Shown here in pieces: positions 1 through 19,572 of a DNA stretch of 64,000 bases. Origin of the DNA: the human T2T-CHM13v2.0 reference genome, Homo sapiens. The position numbers and the translations under genes are program-made. Each line of letters starts with the position of its first letter. The stretch's first letter is position 1. The stretch is taken from assembly GCF_009914755.1 (NCBI RefSeq), contig NC_060927.1. One strand, given 5' to 3'. The notes under the pieces are model-generated. The model saw only the letters and a program-made list of their open reading frames with translations, was not told the origin of the DNA and ran no database searches.

Positions 1-173
1 AACATTTTCCCTTTCTGCTACTTGTTGGCAATGCTGCTTCCCTCTGGTTTAAGAAACTTTCTGGGAGACTTGTGTCACCCCAGTTTCTGCCTTTATTTTT
101 CGCAGGAATGGCTGGGTTCTATTTTGATATGAGTAATTTTGGAATCAGAATTGAGAACTGGGCCCCCTTCCTC

Positions 174-228
174 CTGACCCCAACAGGGATCTCTTGCCAG
201 CTGCCCCCAACAGGGATCTCTTGCCAGC
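174..228. repeat. 27-bp tandem duplication (2 copies)
   Basis: ccccaacagggatctcttgccagc at 178 and 205. Confidence 0.95.
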
Positions 229-710
229 ATCTTCCTGACAAACCTCTGTTCCTTGCTGTCTCACTCTCTCGAGGGACAGCTGGACAAGTGTCAATGAGTT
301 GAGATTGTTAGAAGGTTTTTCTTCTCCAGCCAGCAGCCTTCCCAAAGACCTGACCTACTTAGCAGGCAGATGGATCCTGTAAAAACAAAACCGGGTCACA
401 TCCCTCCTGGGCTTGGAAAGAATCCTTCAGTGCCCCCGACCCCTTCTTCCTCACCCACAGAATTGGAGCCAAAGTCCTGAAAGTAGCCTTGGAGGTCCTG
501 CCTTCCCCACCCTGAGTCCCTGCTGTGTGCTGCACCCGGGTCCCCTCCTGGCTGTGAGCCCATCACTATTCCAGTTTCTTTCCACTGCACAAGGTAGTTG
601 TTCAGGCCCCTCCCTGAAAGATGTGTTGGTTCTTCAAGATTCACAAGCAAATCATGCCTGTGTGTGCATTGCAGATAGCTCACTTACATTAGATTTGATA
701 TGAGAAAGTC

Positions 711-1299
<589 letters not shown>

Positions 1300-3129
1300 A
1301 AGATAGTCTTAAAAAGCAATGTTTTTGTCTTTTCTAAGAAAGGGCCCTGATGGTTTGCCCTGCGTTACACTCCCAGGCAGGCACAGAACCGATGTTAAAC
1401 TCTCCATTTTATCACATGAACCCTGCCCAGTGCCCTACCCATTCCTCCCACGCCAGGCTCATGACTGCATGTCAAGCACAGTTGTGCCAGGTGTCTACCT
1501 GCTCCATTTCTCCTCCTCCCAGCAGCCCTGCAAAGTGCCCGCCAATTTTCTCTCCTGTTTTGAAGATGGGAAAACTAAAGCAGAGAGCCACAAGGTCACT
1601 CACCTGGTAAGCTGCAGAACTGAACAAAGTGTGCTTGTGAAACTTTCTGTTTGTTCTAAGGAGACAACTGTGGGTGGGTGGACTCTGCTGGAGGCTGTCC
1701 CTTGCCTGGCTGGCAGCAACCAAGCCTTCTGCTTCTGACTTGCTGGGGAGCGGGAGGACGGGAAGGGCTGTCGGTGGGGAAATTGGAGAGAATACAAAAC
1801 CTCCCCTCAGCTTTAACAGGCTCTACCAACAGTTTTCACTTTGCCTCTTTTCCTTCTCTGGTATAGCCTTCCTCCTCTTTGGTGAATGCAGATTCAGAGC
1901 ATCTCTAAAATCTACTCTGTGTTACTTCTGAGGAGAATTCGGGATTTTATTTTTTCTGGAAAAATGAAAGGATTTTCATTCTGGTTCCCTTCTGGTTCCG
2001 TGTGGTGGGGCACCTCACTGCCTGAGGTCACTGACCTCTGAGCCCTTCTTGCCACTCCAGTCATCTCTGCCCCACATGGACACACTCAGCCGCCTGCTGG
2101 AGTTTGTGTTTTCCGTGGTTGGAGGGAGGCAGGAGGGCAGTTGAAAGCGTGCTGAGTGGGGAGATGGGAGCAGGGAGCTGTGAGAAGGAGAGAAGCTAAG
2201 GTCAGATTGCGTGCGTCATTCATTCATTCCTTCACTCACTTGGTAGATGTTTATTGAGCGCCTGCTGTGAGCTTGGCACCTGCTCAGGTCAAAAGGGTGG
2301 CTGAGTCCTCAAGGGCCCTGCTGTCCTATGGGGACAGTTCCAATACAGTGTGGTCATTACCCAGTGGAGGAGTAGGGAGGGGCGTGGGGCAGGGAAGGAG
2401 AGAGCTCAGTCCGGAGAGTCTGGGAGGCCTGGGGAAGAACTCAGGAGGTTTTGTGAAGTGCAGTGTGTGGAATGTGGGTGTCTGTGAGGAGAGTGGTTTT
2501 ATCTTTTTATGAATTCACTGTGCTAAGGCCTGGAAGAAAACACCTTTCCTAGAAAGGGAGGGAAGGAAATGAACTTTTATGGGGCACCTCTGTGCCAGGA
2601 GCAGAGGTAAGAGCTTACATGATCTCACTTAATCCTCACCGCTACCCTGTGAGATGCATTTATTGTCACAGCCCATTTGGTGGGTGAAGAAGCCACAACG
2701 ATGCCCGAGGTCAGATCTGAACCCAGTGCTTATACCAAAACCCACTGTTTACAGTTCCACTGCAGGAGGGAGGCTGTGGACGTGGGGAGGAAGGTCTTGC
2801 CGCTGGGACCCACCAGGACTGCAGGGTGGTCCTTAGGTTCAGCAAGAGTGGACCCGAATTCTGGGGCTAGTGATGCTGTGATTCCTGATCTGCTTGCTGT
2901 TTACCAGGAGTGCTTACTTTGTGAAAAATTATTGCGTTGTAAACTTAACAATATTTGGGCTTTTCTTTATGTATGCATCACTAAAAATGTTTTTTAAAAA
3001 ACTATACTCTCTAGAAAAGGACAATGAGGTAATGGTTTTGGAAATCATAAAATGTTTTTGTTGCTTGTCTTATCTAAACTGATTACCAGTTGTGTGTATA
3101 ATAAATGCTAGCTCTTCTTTATTTATCTA

Positions 3130-3260
3130 TTATTTTTTTTTCTTGTAGAGACAGAGTCTTACTATAGCCCAGGCTGGTCTTGAACTCCTGGGCTCAAGCA
3201 GTCCTCCCGCTTCAGCCTCCTAAAGTTCTGAGATTATAGATGTGAGCCACTGTGCCCAGC
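3130..3260 (-). mobile_element. Alu monomer (FLAM/AluJ-like)
   Basis: Left-monomer sequence only. Confidence 0.85.
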
Positions 3261-3286
3261 TGCGAGCTCTTCTTTATACTTGAGTT

Positions 3287-3840
<554 letters not shown>

Positions 3841-4229
3841 AATTAAGCTGAGACCTGAAGGGAGTAAGGAGTACAACTGAGCCTTATTTGAGAGATCAGA
3901 GAATTTCCAGGCCAGATGGAAGGAAATAATCCAGTAGAGAAGCAAATTGGTGGAGGATGTCGGATGGGGTATTCTAAATTGCTGGTGGGAAAACTGAACT
4001 GATGTCAAGAGTGGGTATGTGGAGTGACCTGGAAAGGGAGAAGCGATATGAATGTTGCACTACTCAGCCTGCATGATGGGGTCAAGACACTTTCTGCTGG
4101 AGGTTGACATTTGTTTTAGTAGTTTATGTTGATGCAAAGATCCTGGGAAACATGCATGATTTTGAGCCTTTTCACAAGGAAGGGTGATGTTAAAAGTGAG
4201 CTAACTTGAGAAACTGGCTTCAAAATCTG

Positions 4230-5507
<1,278 letters not shown>

Positions 5508-5734
5508 TAGAAACGTTTCTATTAGGCAGTGCTACTCTAGAATATGATTTTTAAAAGTTGTGTAGTATTTACTTAACTTTACCTCTGCATTGGTTATTTA
5601 TATTTTCTATTTTTCGTATTTAAGTGTTTAATATTTTGATGAGTAGTTTTGCACATTCTTTCTTAAACAACAGCATTTAATAACAGGTATACTTCACATT
5701 ACCGTAAATCCATCAATTGAAATTGTGCAATTCA

Positions 5735-6052
<318 letters not shown>

Positions 6053-6266
6053 TTAGTGTATTTGCAGAGTTGTGCAACCATCACCACTATCTAATTTTAG
6101 AAGATTTTTATTATCCCAGAAAATAAACTCTACTCCCACTAGCTGTCACTCCCTGCTCCGCTGTCCTCCAGCCCTGGGTAAACAGGAATCTACTAGCTGT
6201 CTCTGTGCACATCTATTTTGGGGAGAATTTTAAATTATTTTCCTTAGGAAAAATTCTGTTAAATTA

Positions 6267-6586
6267 CAGTAGTCTGCCCTCATGCGTGAGGGATATAGTC
6301 CAAGACCCCCAGTGGATGCCTGAAACTGTGGGTAGTACTGAACCCTATACACACTGTGACTTTTCCTGTACACACATACCTATGATAAACTTTAAATTAC
6401 ATATCAGGCATGGTAAGAGATGAACAAATACAATTATAAAATAGAACAATTATAGCACAATTATAGCAGTTCACTGTAATAAAAATTACGTGAATGTGGT
6501 CTTTCTCTTTCAAAATATCTTGCTGTACTATACTCACCCGTGTTTTGACAATGGTTGACTGAGACTGAGGAAAGGGGAGACTGCTG
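6267..6586. mobile_element. Tigger4/MER46-like TcMar MITE
   Basis: TIRs cagtagtc.../...gactgctg with TA on both sides; ccaagacccccagtggatgcctgaaac core. Confidence 0.85.
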
Positions 6587-6616
6587 TATGGGGTCAAATA
6601 GTGTGAACTTTTTTAA

Positions 6617-6920
<304 letters not shown>

Positions 6921-8378
6921 TTTTAAAGGTTTTTGATGCATCATGCCAAACTGCCCTCCAGAAAGGTTGTCCACGTTTATGCTTCCATTAAGAGTGTATG
7001 AGAGAGCCCTTTCTCTACACCTCGGTGACACTGTTATCATCCTTATTTTCCATCTTTGTCAATCAGGTTAGTGACAAGTGGCATCCCCTCTTTGCATGTG
7101 ACTCCTAGCAAGGAACACCTTTTTGAATGCTGCTTGGCCATTCCTATTTCGTATTAGAGTTGAGAAAGCTCATCAGCCTCTGTGTGGAGAGACTCGAAGT
7201 TAAGACCCTCGTGAGGAAAAAGGAAGACCAGACAGAAGGGTATAACCAGAGGCTGCAGGCTGGGCTGCCCTGGCGATAGCTGGAGGAGAGCTTCATGTAG
7301 GAGTTGGGGGTGGGGTGCAGGACTTGCTCAGGGGTACTTTGAGCTCCTTGTTTCCCTGTAGAGTGGAGGCCAGGAATCATTTAGGCCAGGGAATAGTAGT
7401 GTCCTTGGGCAAAAGTATACCTACGGGCAGTCTGGCAGGGCAAGCTCAAGCTCACAGTGATTGGGAAATTGCATTAGAAACTTCCTTTCCCACTGTGATG
7501 AAGTAAGGCCATCGTTGGTTTTGAGGCCATGTGTGTTTTAATGGCAAGTTCAGAATGAAAAAAAGTAGGCTGGCACAATGACCCTATGGCCCATAGTGGT
7601 CTTAAGTACTTCCTTTGTGGCTTGGTGATGGCTTTACCCATTGACGTGAGAGCTACAGAGTGTGTGAGGGAGAGGGCAGAGGCAGGGGATGTCCAGGATG
7701 CCAGGTAGGATGCAGGGTGTTGCGTTATCTACATCTGTGGTTCTCGTCCCTGGCTGTGCACTAGAGTCAGCTGGAGAGCTTTGGCCTTACCCCCAAAACG
7801 GGACCCTGTCTCTGGAGGTAGTGTTGGGCATTCGCACATCGATTCTGTACAGCCAGACTTGAGAAGTGGGAATTTGATATGCGTGTTAGTCAGGAGCCCA
7901 GCAGCAGCCACCCCTGGAGATCTTTTGTGAGCTTTTAGAGTGGCTGGGGGAAGACTGTTGCTGTGATCATTGGTCTAGCTCTGTCCCAAGGACTTGGCTC
8001 CTCTTCAGAACCTGCTGATGCCCAGAGCTGTCCAGGTACACAGGCAGCAACTTTTGGCCAAGAAAGAGCCTTGCTCAAGCTGTGTTTGGGATAACTCATA
8101 AAATTATGTTCCAGGCTGATCTTTCTAGCATCCCTGCAGATGCTGACTGGATGCCCTGACCCTTGCCCCAACCCCTTTCAGCATACAGTAGGTGGTTCAT
8201 AGCTATGTGATCTTGCATGATGTCTGGTGGTGTGGTGGGGGCACTGCTCTGGGAGGCCTCCCTTCTTCACTGAGAGGGAAGTGGCACAAAATAAAGTCGA
8301 GATGTGAGACGGGGGTAGGAGCAGGGCCACATTCATTGGCTAGCCTGGTAGAGCCTTTTTATTTAAAAGCTTTCCATC

Positions 8379-8795
<417 letters not shown>

Positions 8796-9486
8796 CTAGC
8801 CAACTGTCTTGCTAAGGGTGCTCTGCTATCTTCCTTTTTTTTTTTTTTTTGTAAATGCTGCCTTTGCTGGGAGAGTGGAGTAGGTGCCCCCCAAAGTTCA
8901 AATTGTTTTTCGGCTTTGGGTGTGCAGAAGATGATTTAATACCAATTCAGGGTAACTTATTTCACGTGGAAGGCTGCCCAGGCCAGGCAGGGTTGTATCT
9001 GCAGTTGACCAGTTTTGCCGTATGTTAATGGTTTTCAGATAATCTTCCTGGAACCACTGCAGGGGGCCAGGACAGCCTAGGAGGCAGAGTGGTCTCTGTC
9101 CCACCCTAAATCATAGTGATTTCTCTTATGTGTGTTATATATAGTTGAGGTTCCATTGATACTTTTTAAAAGAAAAGTTTCTACCCATTTAAACCATTTG
9201 AGAACCACTGTTGTGCACAGAGAAAGTTAGGTCAGCCTGATTTTTATATATAGCTCACTGATGCCATTAATATGGAGCCTAAACAAACAAGAAATGCCGA
9301 GTACCTCACACTCAGTAGATGCCGAATAAGCATGGAACACAGTTGTGTATGTGCCTCTGCCTTTCCTGTCTCTGAGCCTTCATTTACCTAGAACACCTTC
9401 CTGCTGACTCTGGTTTTTGAATGTGTTCAGTGCTTATTTGGCATCTACTGTGTGTGAGGCACTCAGCATTTCTTGTTTGTGGGATC

Positions 9487-9848
9487 CTTTGGGGTTTGAA
9501 TATGCCCCCCACAGTTCAAGTGTTGGAAACTGAATCCCCAAGGCAACAGTGTTGAGAGGTGGGACCTTTAAGAGGTGATTAGGTCATGAAGACTCTGCCC
9601 TTGTGAATGGATTAATAATGGTATATCTGGAGCGGGTTCCTGGTAAAAGGATGGATTTAGCCCCCTTCCCTGCTTTCTCTTGCACATGCTTTCACCCTTC
9701 CATGATGCAGTAAGAAGGCCCTTGGCAGATACGGGCCCTTCATCCTTGGACTTCCCAGCCTCTAGAACTGTAAGAAATAAATGTCTGCTCTTTATAAATT
9801 ACTCAGTCTCGGGTATTCCATTATAGTAGCACAAAATGGATTAAGACA
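9487..9848 (+). mobile_element. MaLR solo LTR (MST-like)
   Basis: gttgagaggtgggacctttaagaggtgattaggtcatg...cttggacttcccagcctctagaactgtaagaaataaa...taagaca end. Confidence 0.88.
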
Positions 9849-10109
9849 TGGCGATACTAAAATATACAGCCAGAGCCCTGCCCTGGCTTATTTGGCTCAG
9901 TAAGCTTATTTGTTTGACTAATATGAGGAGACATACACTGCTAACCCTACCTAGTATAAAATCATAAGCCACAAAAGAGAGGTGGGAGAAATGTTTGAGT
10001 AATCCTTGGTGGATCATTGCCTCCTGCTGCACATCTTTTAAAACGGGAAACTGTCCCTTGTTTTTGCCCTTTCCTGTGAGAATATTATGATTTTTAAAAG
10101 AATCTTGTA

Positions 10110-10860
10110 TAGCCATTTTGGAAAACAGTTTGGCAGCTTCTTATAAAACTGAACATATTCTTGTTGTATAATCCAGCAGTCACCGTCCTTGGTATTTACC
10201 CAAATGAGTTGAAAACTTATGTCCACACAAAAACCTGCACACGAATGTTTATAGAAGCTTATTCATAATGACAAAATTTGGCAAGATGTCCTTCAGTAGA
10301 TGACTGCATCAATAAATGGTTGTATATCCAGACAATGGCATATTATTTAGCACTAAGAAAAAATGAGCTATTGAGCCATGAAAAGACATGGAGAAACCAT
10401 AAATGCATGTTAGTAAGTGAGAGAAGCCGATCTAAAAGGCTGCAGAGTGTATGATTCCAAAGATACAACATTCTGGAAAAGGCAAAACTTTGGAGAAAAT
10501 AAAAGGATCAATGGTTGCCAGGGGTTTTTGGGGAGGAACAGATGAATAAGTGGAGCATAGGGGATTTTTAGGGCAGTGAAATTAGTCTGTTTGCTACTGT
10601 AATAGTAGATACATGCCATACACTTGTCCACACCCATAGAATGTACAGCACCCAGAGTGAACCCACACATGAACTGTGGACTTCGGGTGATAATGATGTG
10701 TCCATGTAGGTTCCTCATTTGTGACAAGTGTACCACTCTGGTGGGGGCTGTTGATAGGGAGGGGGGCTGTGCATGTGTGAGGAAGGGGATATATGGAAAT
10801 TCTCTGTAGCTTTTGCTCAGTTTTGCTGTGAACCTAAAACTGCTCAAAAAAAAAAAAAGT
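10110..10860 (+). mobile_element. L1 (L1MC-like) 3' fragment
   Basis: ttggaaaacagtttggcag...tatttacccaaatgagttgaaaacttatgtccacacaaaaacc...gtgaacctaaaactgctc plus A tail. Confidence 0.85.
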
Positions 10861-11459
10861 AAATTCATTGAAAAAATACTGGAAGGAAATAGGCCAAAAT
10901 GATAAATATCATTTTTTAAAAATAATTCCCACTGAAGTCTGTTGGCCTATTGACTATTAATGATCTTTCAAAAATCCACTGTGCTCCCCCACCTCCTTTG
11001 GTGTCCCCGAAGGAGAGGCCCTGGGCACACAAACACCTTCTTCTGGGGCCACTCCATGCCCAGGGTTCCAAGGGCCACATTTCTCTGTGCGTAGGGGTGG
11101 GCTTGGCCTTCATCTCCTAGCTGCAGCCAAGAAGGAGCTATGCTGCCATCACTGAGCTGGGATTTGGGGATTCGCTGGTGCCCCAAATCCATGAAGATAC
11201 TAAGTTTTAGGGATAAGTAGAACCCCTGGACCTTTTCTTCCCCGGTACTCCCTTAGCCCCTCTTATAAGTGCAGTAGGATGGACTGGAAAGGATATAGAT
11301 AAGTCAGCCTGATTTTGCGCATTAGATTTAATCTTTGAACTTCAGTTTCTTCATGTATAAAGTGATGATGTTTTATAGAATTGTTGTTAAATGAAGAAAC
11401 ACATATAAACTGTCTAGCACCGTGTTGGCACTTGTGATGTTTAATAAATGCCCATTCTA

Positions 11460-11608
<149 letters not shown>

Positions 11609-11676
11609 CTAAAGATGGAGCATCAGGGACTGGATGAACCTCCTGCCTAAAACAACCAAAAAAAAAAAAAAAAAAA

Positions 11677-12174
<498 letters not shown>

Positions 12175-13088
12175 CTATGGGGACCAAGGCAGCTAGTTTG
12201 TAGGACTCTAGCAAAACCTTTGTGAAGCAATATCTGATAAAGAACTTGTATCTAGAATGTATAAGAAGTTCTCATAACAGTAAGAAAAAAAACAGGCAAA
12301 AGATTTGGGCGTCTCACTAAAGAAGAAAAGGATGACAAATAAGCAGGTGAAAAGATGCTCACACACAACATCAGTTACTAGAGAGATGCAGATTAAAACT
12401 ACAATGAGATGCTACTGTATAACCTATTACAATAGAATGGATAACATTTAAAAGACTATTCATGCCAAGTGTTGGCAAGGATGTGGAGAATTTGGAACTC
12501 TAATGAGCTGCTGGTAGGAATGTAAAATGATATAACTTCTTCAGAAAGCGGTTTGTCAATTTCTTAAACAGTTAATCATCCACCTACCATAAGACCCAGC
12601 CATTTCACTCCTAGGCCTTTACTCAAGAGAAGTGCAAATGTATGTCCATTACAAACGCTTGTACACAAATCTTGATGGCATCTTTATTTGTAATAGCCTC
12701 AAACTGGAAACAACTTATGTGCATCAACAAGCAAATGGATAAACAAACTAATACATTCATATGGTGGAATACCACATGGCAGTAAAGAGGAATGAGCTCC
12801 TGCTGCATGTAACAGCATGCGTGAATCTCAATTTATATTGAGTGAAAGAAACCAGATAAAGTACATAAACCAGATAAAGTACATACTCCAGATTCCATTT
12901 ATATAAACTAGAAAAGACAAGCTAATCTGTGATGACAGAAAGCAGATCAGTGGTTGCCTGGGGAGAGGAAGAGGAAGCGGGGAGGGATTGCAAAAGGCAT
13001 GAGGACATGGGGAATCTCTGGGGCAGTGGATTTGATCATTGTCTTGATTGTGGTGATTTCACAGGTGTATAGAAATGTCACAACACGG

Positions 13089-13869
<781 letters not shown>

Positions 13870-14877
13870 ATACCAAATTGCACTCTTTAAATAGGTACAG
13901 CTTATTATATGCTACTTATATCTCATTAAAGCTGTTTTATAAGAAGATTGCTTGGGCTACAATTTGGAGAATGGGCTAAAGGGGCAGTAAGTCTAATTGC
14001 AGAGGAAAAATGCCCATCCCTTCCTCTCTTCTCCTAAAAGTGTATCCCTTATTCCTCTCACTTCCCTTCTGGTTTTTGAGCTTGGTTGTTACAGTAACAT
14101 GTGATGATATTTTTTCTTTCTCTGTTGGGCATTTCTTTAAAATCCTGTGGCATGGGGGGCCCTGGCAAAGCCAAGGGAGGCTAAGAGCCTACTCTTTTTC
14201 TTCTTGTTGAGCCTGAGCCTCTCCTCAGCCCAGACCACTTAGTGAATGTACAGGTGAGATTGGGCAGCTCACCACCAGTGGTGGCAGGGTCTGGTTTCTA
14301 CAAGGGCATGGCCACAGTGCAGTCACCCTGCTCCCTATCCCATAGCCAGCGTCTGGAGAGGGGCTGGCTCCAAATGAGTGAGAGGGAAGTGTTTGTGGGG
14401 GGAACGATTGGTTTCCTGAAGGGCAATCAGAAGGCACGCACCTGCAGGGCCCCTCACAGAAGGGCAGGAGGAGCTGCGGGTTGCCCCCCAGGGAGAGGCC
14501 TTGTGATTGAGGTCCCAGTCAGAAAGATGGTCGTGTGTGCAAGGGACAAGGTAGAATGGGAGGTGGGCCAGGGTGGGTAGTAGGAGACTGGGGGCAGGGC
14601 TGGTCTGGGGTCTGAATCCCTGATGAGGTGATATGTTATGGGGTGAGGAAGGAGCTCCCCTCATGATGGGGGGAGTTGGGGGGCATGTGTGGCAGGAATA
14701 GCCACAGCTGCCAACCAGATAGTCATAATGAGACCTTTGAGTTGGAACTGGGGCTCAGATTCCCTCTTTCAAACCTACCCACTGTGCAGACTTCAGTAAG
14801 TGACAGGACCTTTCTGGAACTTGGGTTTTAGACAGGAGATGGCAGCAGCTCCTTCACTGGTTGAAATCCCCAAGTCT

Positions 14878-15274
14878 GGCTAGGTGCGGTGGCTCACGCC
14901 TGTAATCCCAGCACTTTGGGAGGCCGAGGCGGGCGGATCACCTGAGGTCAGGAGTTCCAGACCAGCCTGGCCAGCATGGAGAAACCCCGTCTCTACTAAA
15001 AATATAAAAATTAGTCAGGCATGGTGGTGCACAACTGTAATCCCAGCTACTCGGGAGGCTGAGGCAGGAGAATAGCTTGAAACCAGGAGGCAGAGGTTAC
15101 AGGTAGCCGAGATCGCATGCTGCACTCCAGCCTGGATGACAGAGTGAGACTCTGTCTCAAATAATAATAATAATAATAAAAATCCAAAGAAAAAAATATC
15201 TGTGAGTCCATACTGATATACTGCACTCCAGCCTGGCGACAGAGTGAGACTCTCTCAAAAAAAAAACAAAGAAA
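14878..15274 (+). mobile_element. Alu (S-like) plus an extra Alu 3' end inside one TSD
   Basis: TSD gaaatc(c/t)ccaagtc at 14863 and 15275. Confidence 0.9.
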
Positions 15275-18200
15275 GAAATCTCCAAGTCCAGGGTCTGGCC
15301 CATAGTAGACACATGATTTCCTAGAATGTGAAATTCAGTTTTTTTCCCTACCTTTTCTGTGTAGGAAGTACTTTTAGATCCATTTAGCCACAAGGATGAA
15401 ATCTTTTCCTACCTACTTGGCTTCTTATGGGGTCTTCCTCACTCTGTGACCCATGGTTTCAAACACAGGTGGCTTCCTTGTTTTGTATCTGTGCTAGGTG
15501 GTCACTGGTCACGGTGGAGAGAAAGAATGTCAGCAGCCCGAAGGACTCAGCTGTAGGAACAGAAAGTGAGGGACAGCTGAAGGCAGAGGGTCACAGGCCT
15601 CAGAGAGAGGAAGCCAGAAGAGAGTGTAGCTGAGCAGGGTGTGGAGAGAGGGGAGGAAGCCCTGCCGTTGAGAGATAAAGTGGCAGGAAGTCCAGTGGGG
15701 CACTGGCTGTTGTCAGAGCATCCACGTGAAGACGCTGGCCACCCTGCCAGCATCTTATGAACAGGGGTAGGAGAGGGTGCTGGATTTCATTCCCCAAACC
15801 CAAATAAGATGCATTTGCTTCTGCCGTCTGGGCCAGCAGCATTGCACTGACACGTGCAATTCATTTCACCTTTCCTTTTTGGTGAGCTGTCTTGCAGGAC
15901 GGTCCTCTTCATGTGCTCATGCTGTGGGTGGTGGAAAGGGTGGGCATGCCATGCTAAGCTGCTGAGTCCCTGTGCCCCTCTGCTGTTTGTAGCCAGCATT
16001 TTACAGGAGGTTAAACAAAGAGGCCACAGCATTTGGGAGTGGTTTTACACCACGTTTGTGAGCAGAATTATATTCACAAATGCACTGCTTTAACATTACA
16101 TGTAGCCTGCTTCGAGTGTGCTTAGTTGATGCCTGACAAACTAGCTTTTGTTGCTCATTGTAAAGGCTTAGAGTCAGGTCCACCAGGGGACTTACGATGG
16201 GTAATCTGGAAGTGGACTTCGGCATTACCAAACAATAACCTAACTCATATCTTGACATTTTGCCATGGCCTGATATTTGGCATTTTTCGGAAAGATTTCT
16301 CCCCCATTGTCACATTTGAATTATGTCATCGCCAGTTCCCAATAGATGTCCATAGAACCCATTTCTCTGTGTTTAGGTCTGCTGAGGGGATACTAAGTGC
16401 ACTCTGTCTGTGGCTGGGGGTGTTCAGAGATGAATAAGACCCTGGGCCTTGGAATGAAGTGCTTGTGGGGGAACAGACATGTGTGCCCAAGATACAAGGA
16501 AGCAGGTGCCAGGTAAGGAAGAAAGAGGAAAGGACTGTGCAGGGAACTATGTGGAATGTGATTCAACTCACACTTGTTTCCTTGAGCACTTGCGGAGGCC
16601 ACAGTTAAGACATGGCCCTTATTCTGAAGGCACTTGCAATTCACTAGGAGAGGCAAATGCCCAGGTAACTAGCAACTCACCACAGCATGGTAGGTGCTGT
16701 GCCCAGTGGCAGATGCACCACCACCATCACTTCCACATTTGCCCCGTCCCAAATACTAGAGGCCCCACTTGGCTCGGCCTGGTCCAGTGGTCACTGTGCA
16801 TGGGCCCCTAGCAGCAGCCGCGACACCACTGCTTTCCAGGGTGACGAGACCGCTTAAAGGAGCCTTAAAGATGAGTGGTGATGCCTCAACCCTGTTGGGT
16901 TTATGCTTTGCTGCTAGGTGGGCCCCACAGCTCCATGTGTGCCAGCAAAAGAAATGCAGTTTGCCCGGAACTGTATTTTCTACCTTGAGAGCATAAGGTA
17001 CCTAAGTTGTATATAAAAATCATTAGACAGAAAGAAATGCTGATGCCTCTGAATTACTTGATGCTTTCAGTTTCATACTGGTGGGGGCTCCCTGTTGACT
17101 TTGCTGCTTGCAAGGAACAGAAATGCCAGCTGTCCAGTAATCTCATCCGCCCGCCACCCTCCCCTCCACAGGCACATATACATGCACACACATGCATTTC
17201 ATGGCCATTAAAGAGAAGATGGAAGGGAGAAGGCAGGCAGGAACTTTTTGGGGGTGTTGGAAATATTCTATATCTTGATTTGGGTTTGCTTTACATAGAT
17301 CATTTGTCAAAACTCATTGAATGGTAGACTTACACTTTTTGTGTCTGTTTGTGAATTTTACCCGGAAAAAAATAAGCCTAAGCAAATAAATGATGAACTC
17401 TAGTTAATGATGGGGAGGCTGAAGTGTTTGGGGTGAAGTTGCTGCCTGCAACTTTGAAATGCATCAAGAATGGGATGGATTGTTGGATTGATTGAGGAAT
17501 GGTTAGCAAAACATTAATTATAGAATTGGGATGGTGAGTATGTGGGTACCCTCTGTATAATTCCTTCAACTTTTCTGCGTGTTTGAAAATGTTGAAACAG
17601 AAGAAGAACTGCAGATAACCAATACTTGTGCCCTCTTGAGCTTTCTATAAATGAATTTCTCCAATGGTCAATGTCTTGTCTGTTTCCTACAGACTGCTTC
17701 ACCCTGCTTCCTGGTGTTGGCAGAGGGGCTTTCTCCTTAAACCTGTTGGTGTGGGGGAATTTCATGAAGGATGTGTTAGCTTGGACTTCCTTTGATGGTG
17801 ATGCAGTTTATCAACTTAAAATGATATGAACTCTGAAACACAGGGCTTTCTACCCTGTGGGCAGAAGGCTGGGGATTTGCAGCCTGAGAATAGCCCTGGC
17901 AGATTGGAGCCAGAGTTAGAAAAGGATGCCTGAGCTCCTCCTGACCAAAGGATGCCAGCTGGCTACCTTGCTGGGTGCTAGGGGAGCAATTGATATTTAT
18001 AAAATCTGTGAAGTTGATTTTTCAAAAATTTTAACATTATATAATGTATTTGAACATATTCAAACACTTTTTTGAGACGACCTTTTAAAATCTGTAAAGT
18101 AATGAATGCCTGCTGTCTTATAAAAAACTACAGAAAATGTAAAGAAATAAGGCCAGCTACAGTTTTACAACATAAAGAAACCACTGTTTATATTTTAATA

Positions 18201-18838
18201 TATTCCTCCGTGAATCTTTTTTCATCTTGTGCATTGTTTACATAATTGTGCTGTCTTTCATTTGACTGTAATGGGGGAGTTCTTTGGGAGGGAGACTCCA
18301 AGGCCTCCTTGATGTGGATGGGCCCGGAGCCTGGGCTGCTACTGTAGGGGTTCTGGGCTGGCCTAGCCTGAGAGACCTCCAGCCTGTTCACAGAGCCCAT
18401 GTGAGATCCCGAGAGGCCCAGAACTTCTTAGACAGCTCTTTTTAAGCTGAAGGCACTTTTTGCAGGAGGCAGTAACATGATTGTCATCCTTATAATTTGC
18501 CTGTTAATTGAGCATTTCCCAAGTATGGGGCCCTGCACTAAGTACTTTGCACATATTCTCTTAACAGTAACCCTACGAGGGGGCCACTGTTGTCCCCATT
18601 TTCTAGCCCAACATCGGAGTTTAATTAGTCTGCGCTTGTCACATAGCTAGTAAATTGTGGAGCTGTTTTAGACCAGGTGTCCCAATAAGCACTTTGTAGT
18701 TGAGGCATGTTAACTCTTTAGAACTTTTTGGTTTTCAAAGCAACTCTTAATTGCTGCTCCTGGGAATATGCAGGGCAGATGGAAGGAACCTCTATTTCCT
18801 AATTAAGAAACGGACACCCAGAGAGCTGATCACCATTA

Positions 18839-19267
<429 letters not shown>

Positions 19268-19572
19268 TCAAACAGTCTGAGGAAGGAATCGTGGGGCAGG
19301 CTGAGATGAAAGCCTCAGGACTTGAGTGAACAGAAGGGCAGGAGTAGAATGTACTAGGTAGGGGCCCATCAGCAAAGGCTGGGCTAAGACCCTGTGGGAC
19401 TTGTTAGGGGGTGAGGAGCTGCTGGTAGAAGGGCAGGGAAGAGCACTTGCTTGCAGTCTGACAAACCCAGGGCTTGGGGTGTGATATACTTTTTGTAAAA
19501 ATTGAGGTTACTAAATCCTAGTTGGTGGTTCCCACTGAAAATTAAAGGAAATAATTTAGTTGGAATTGTCTG

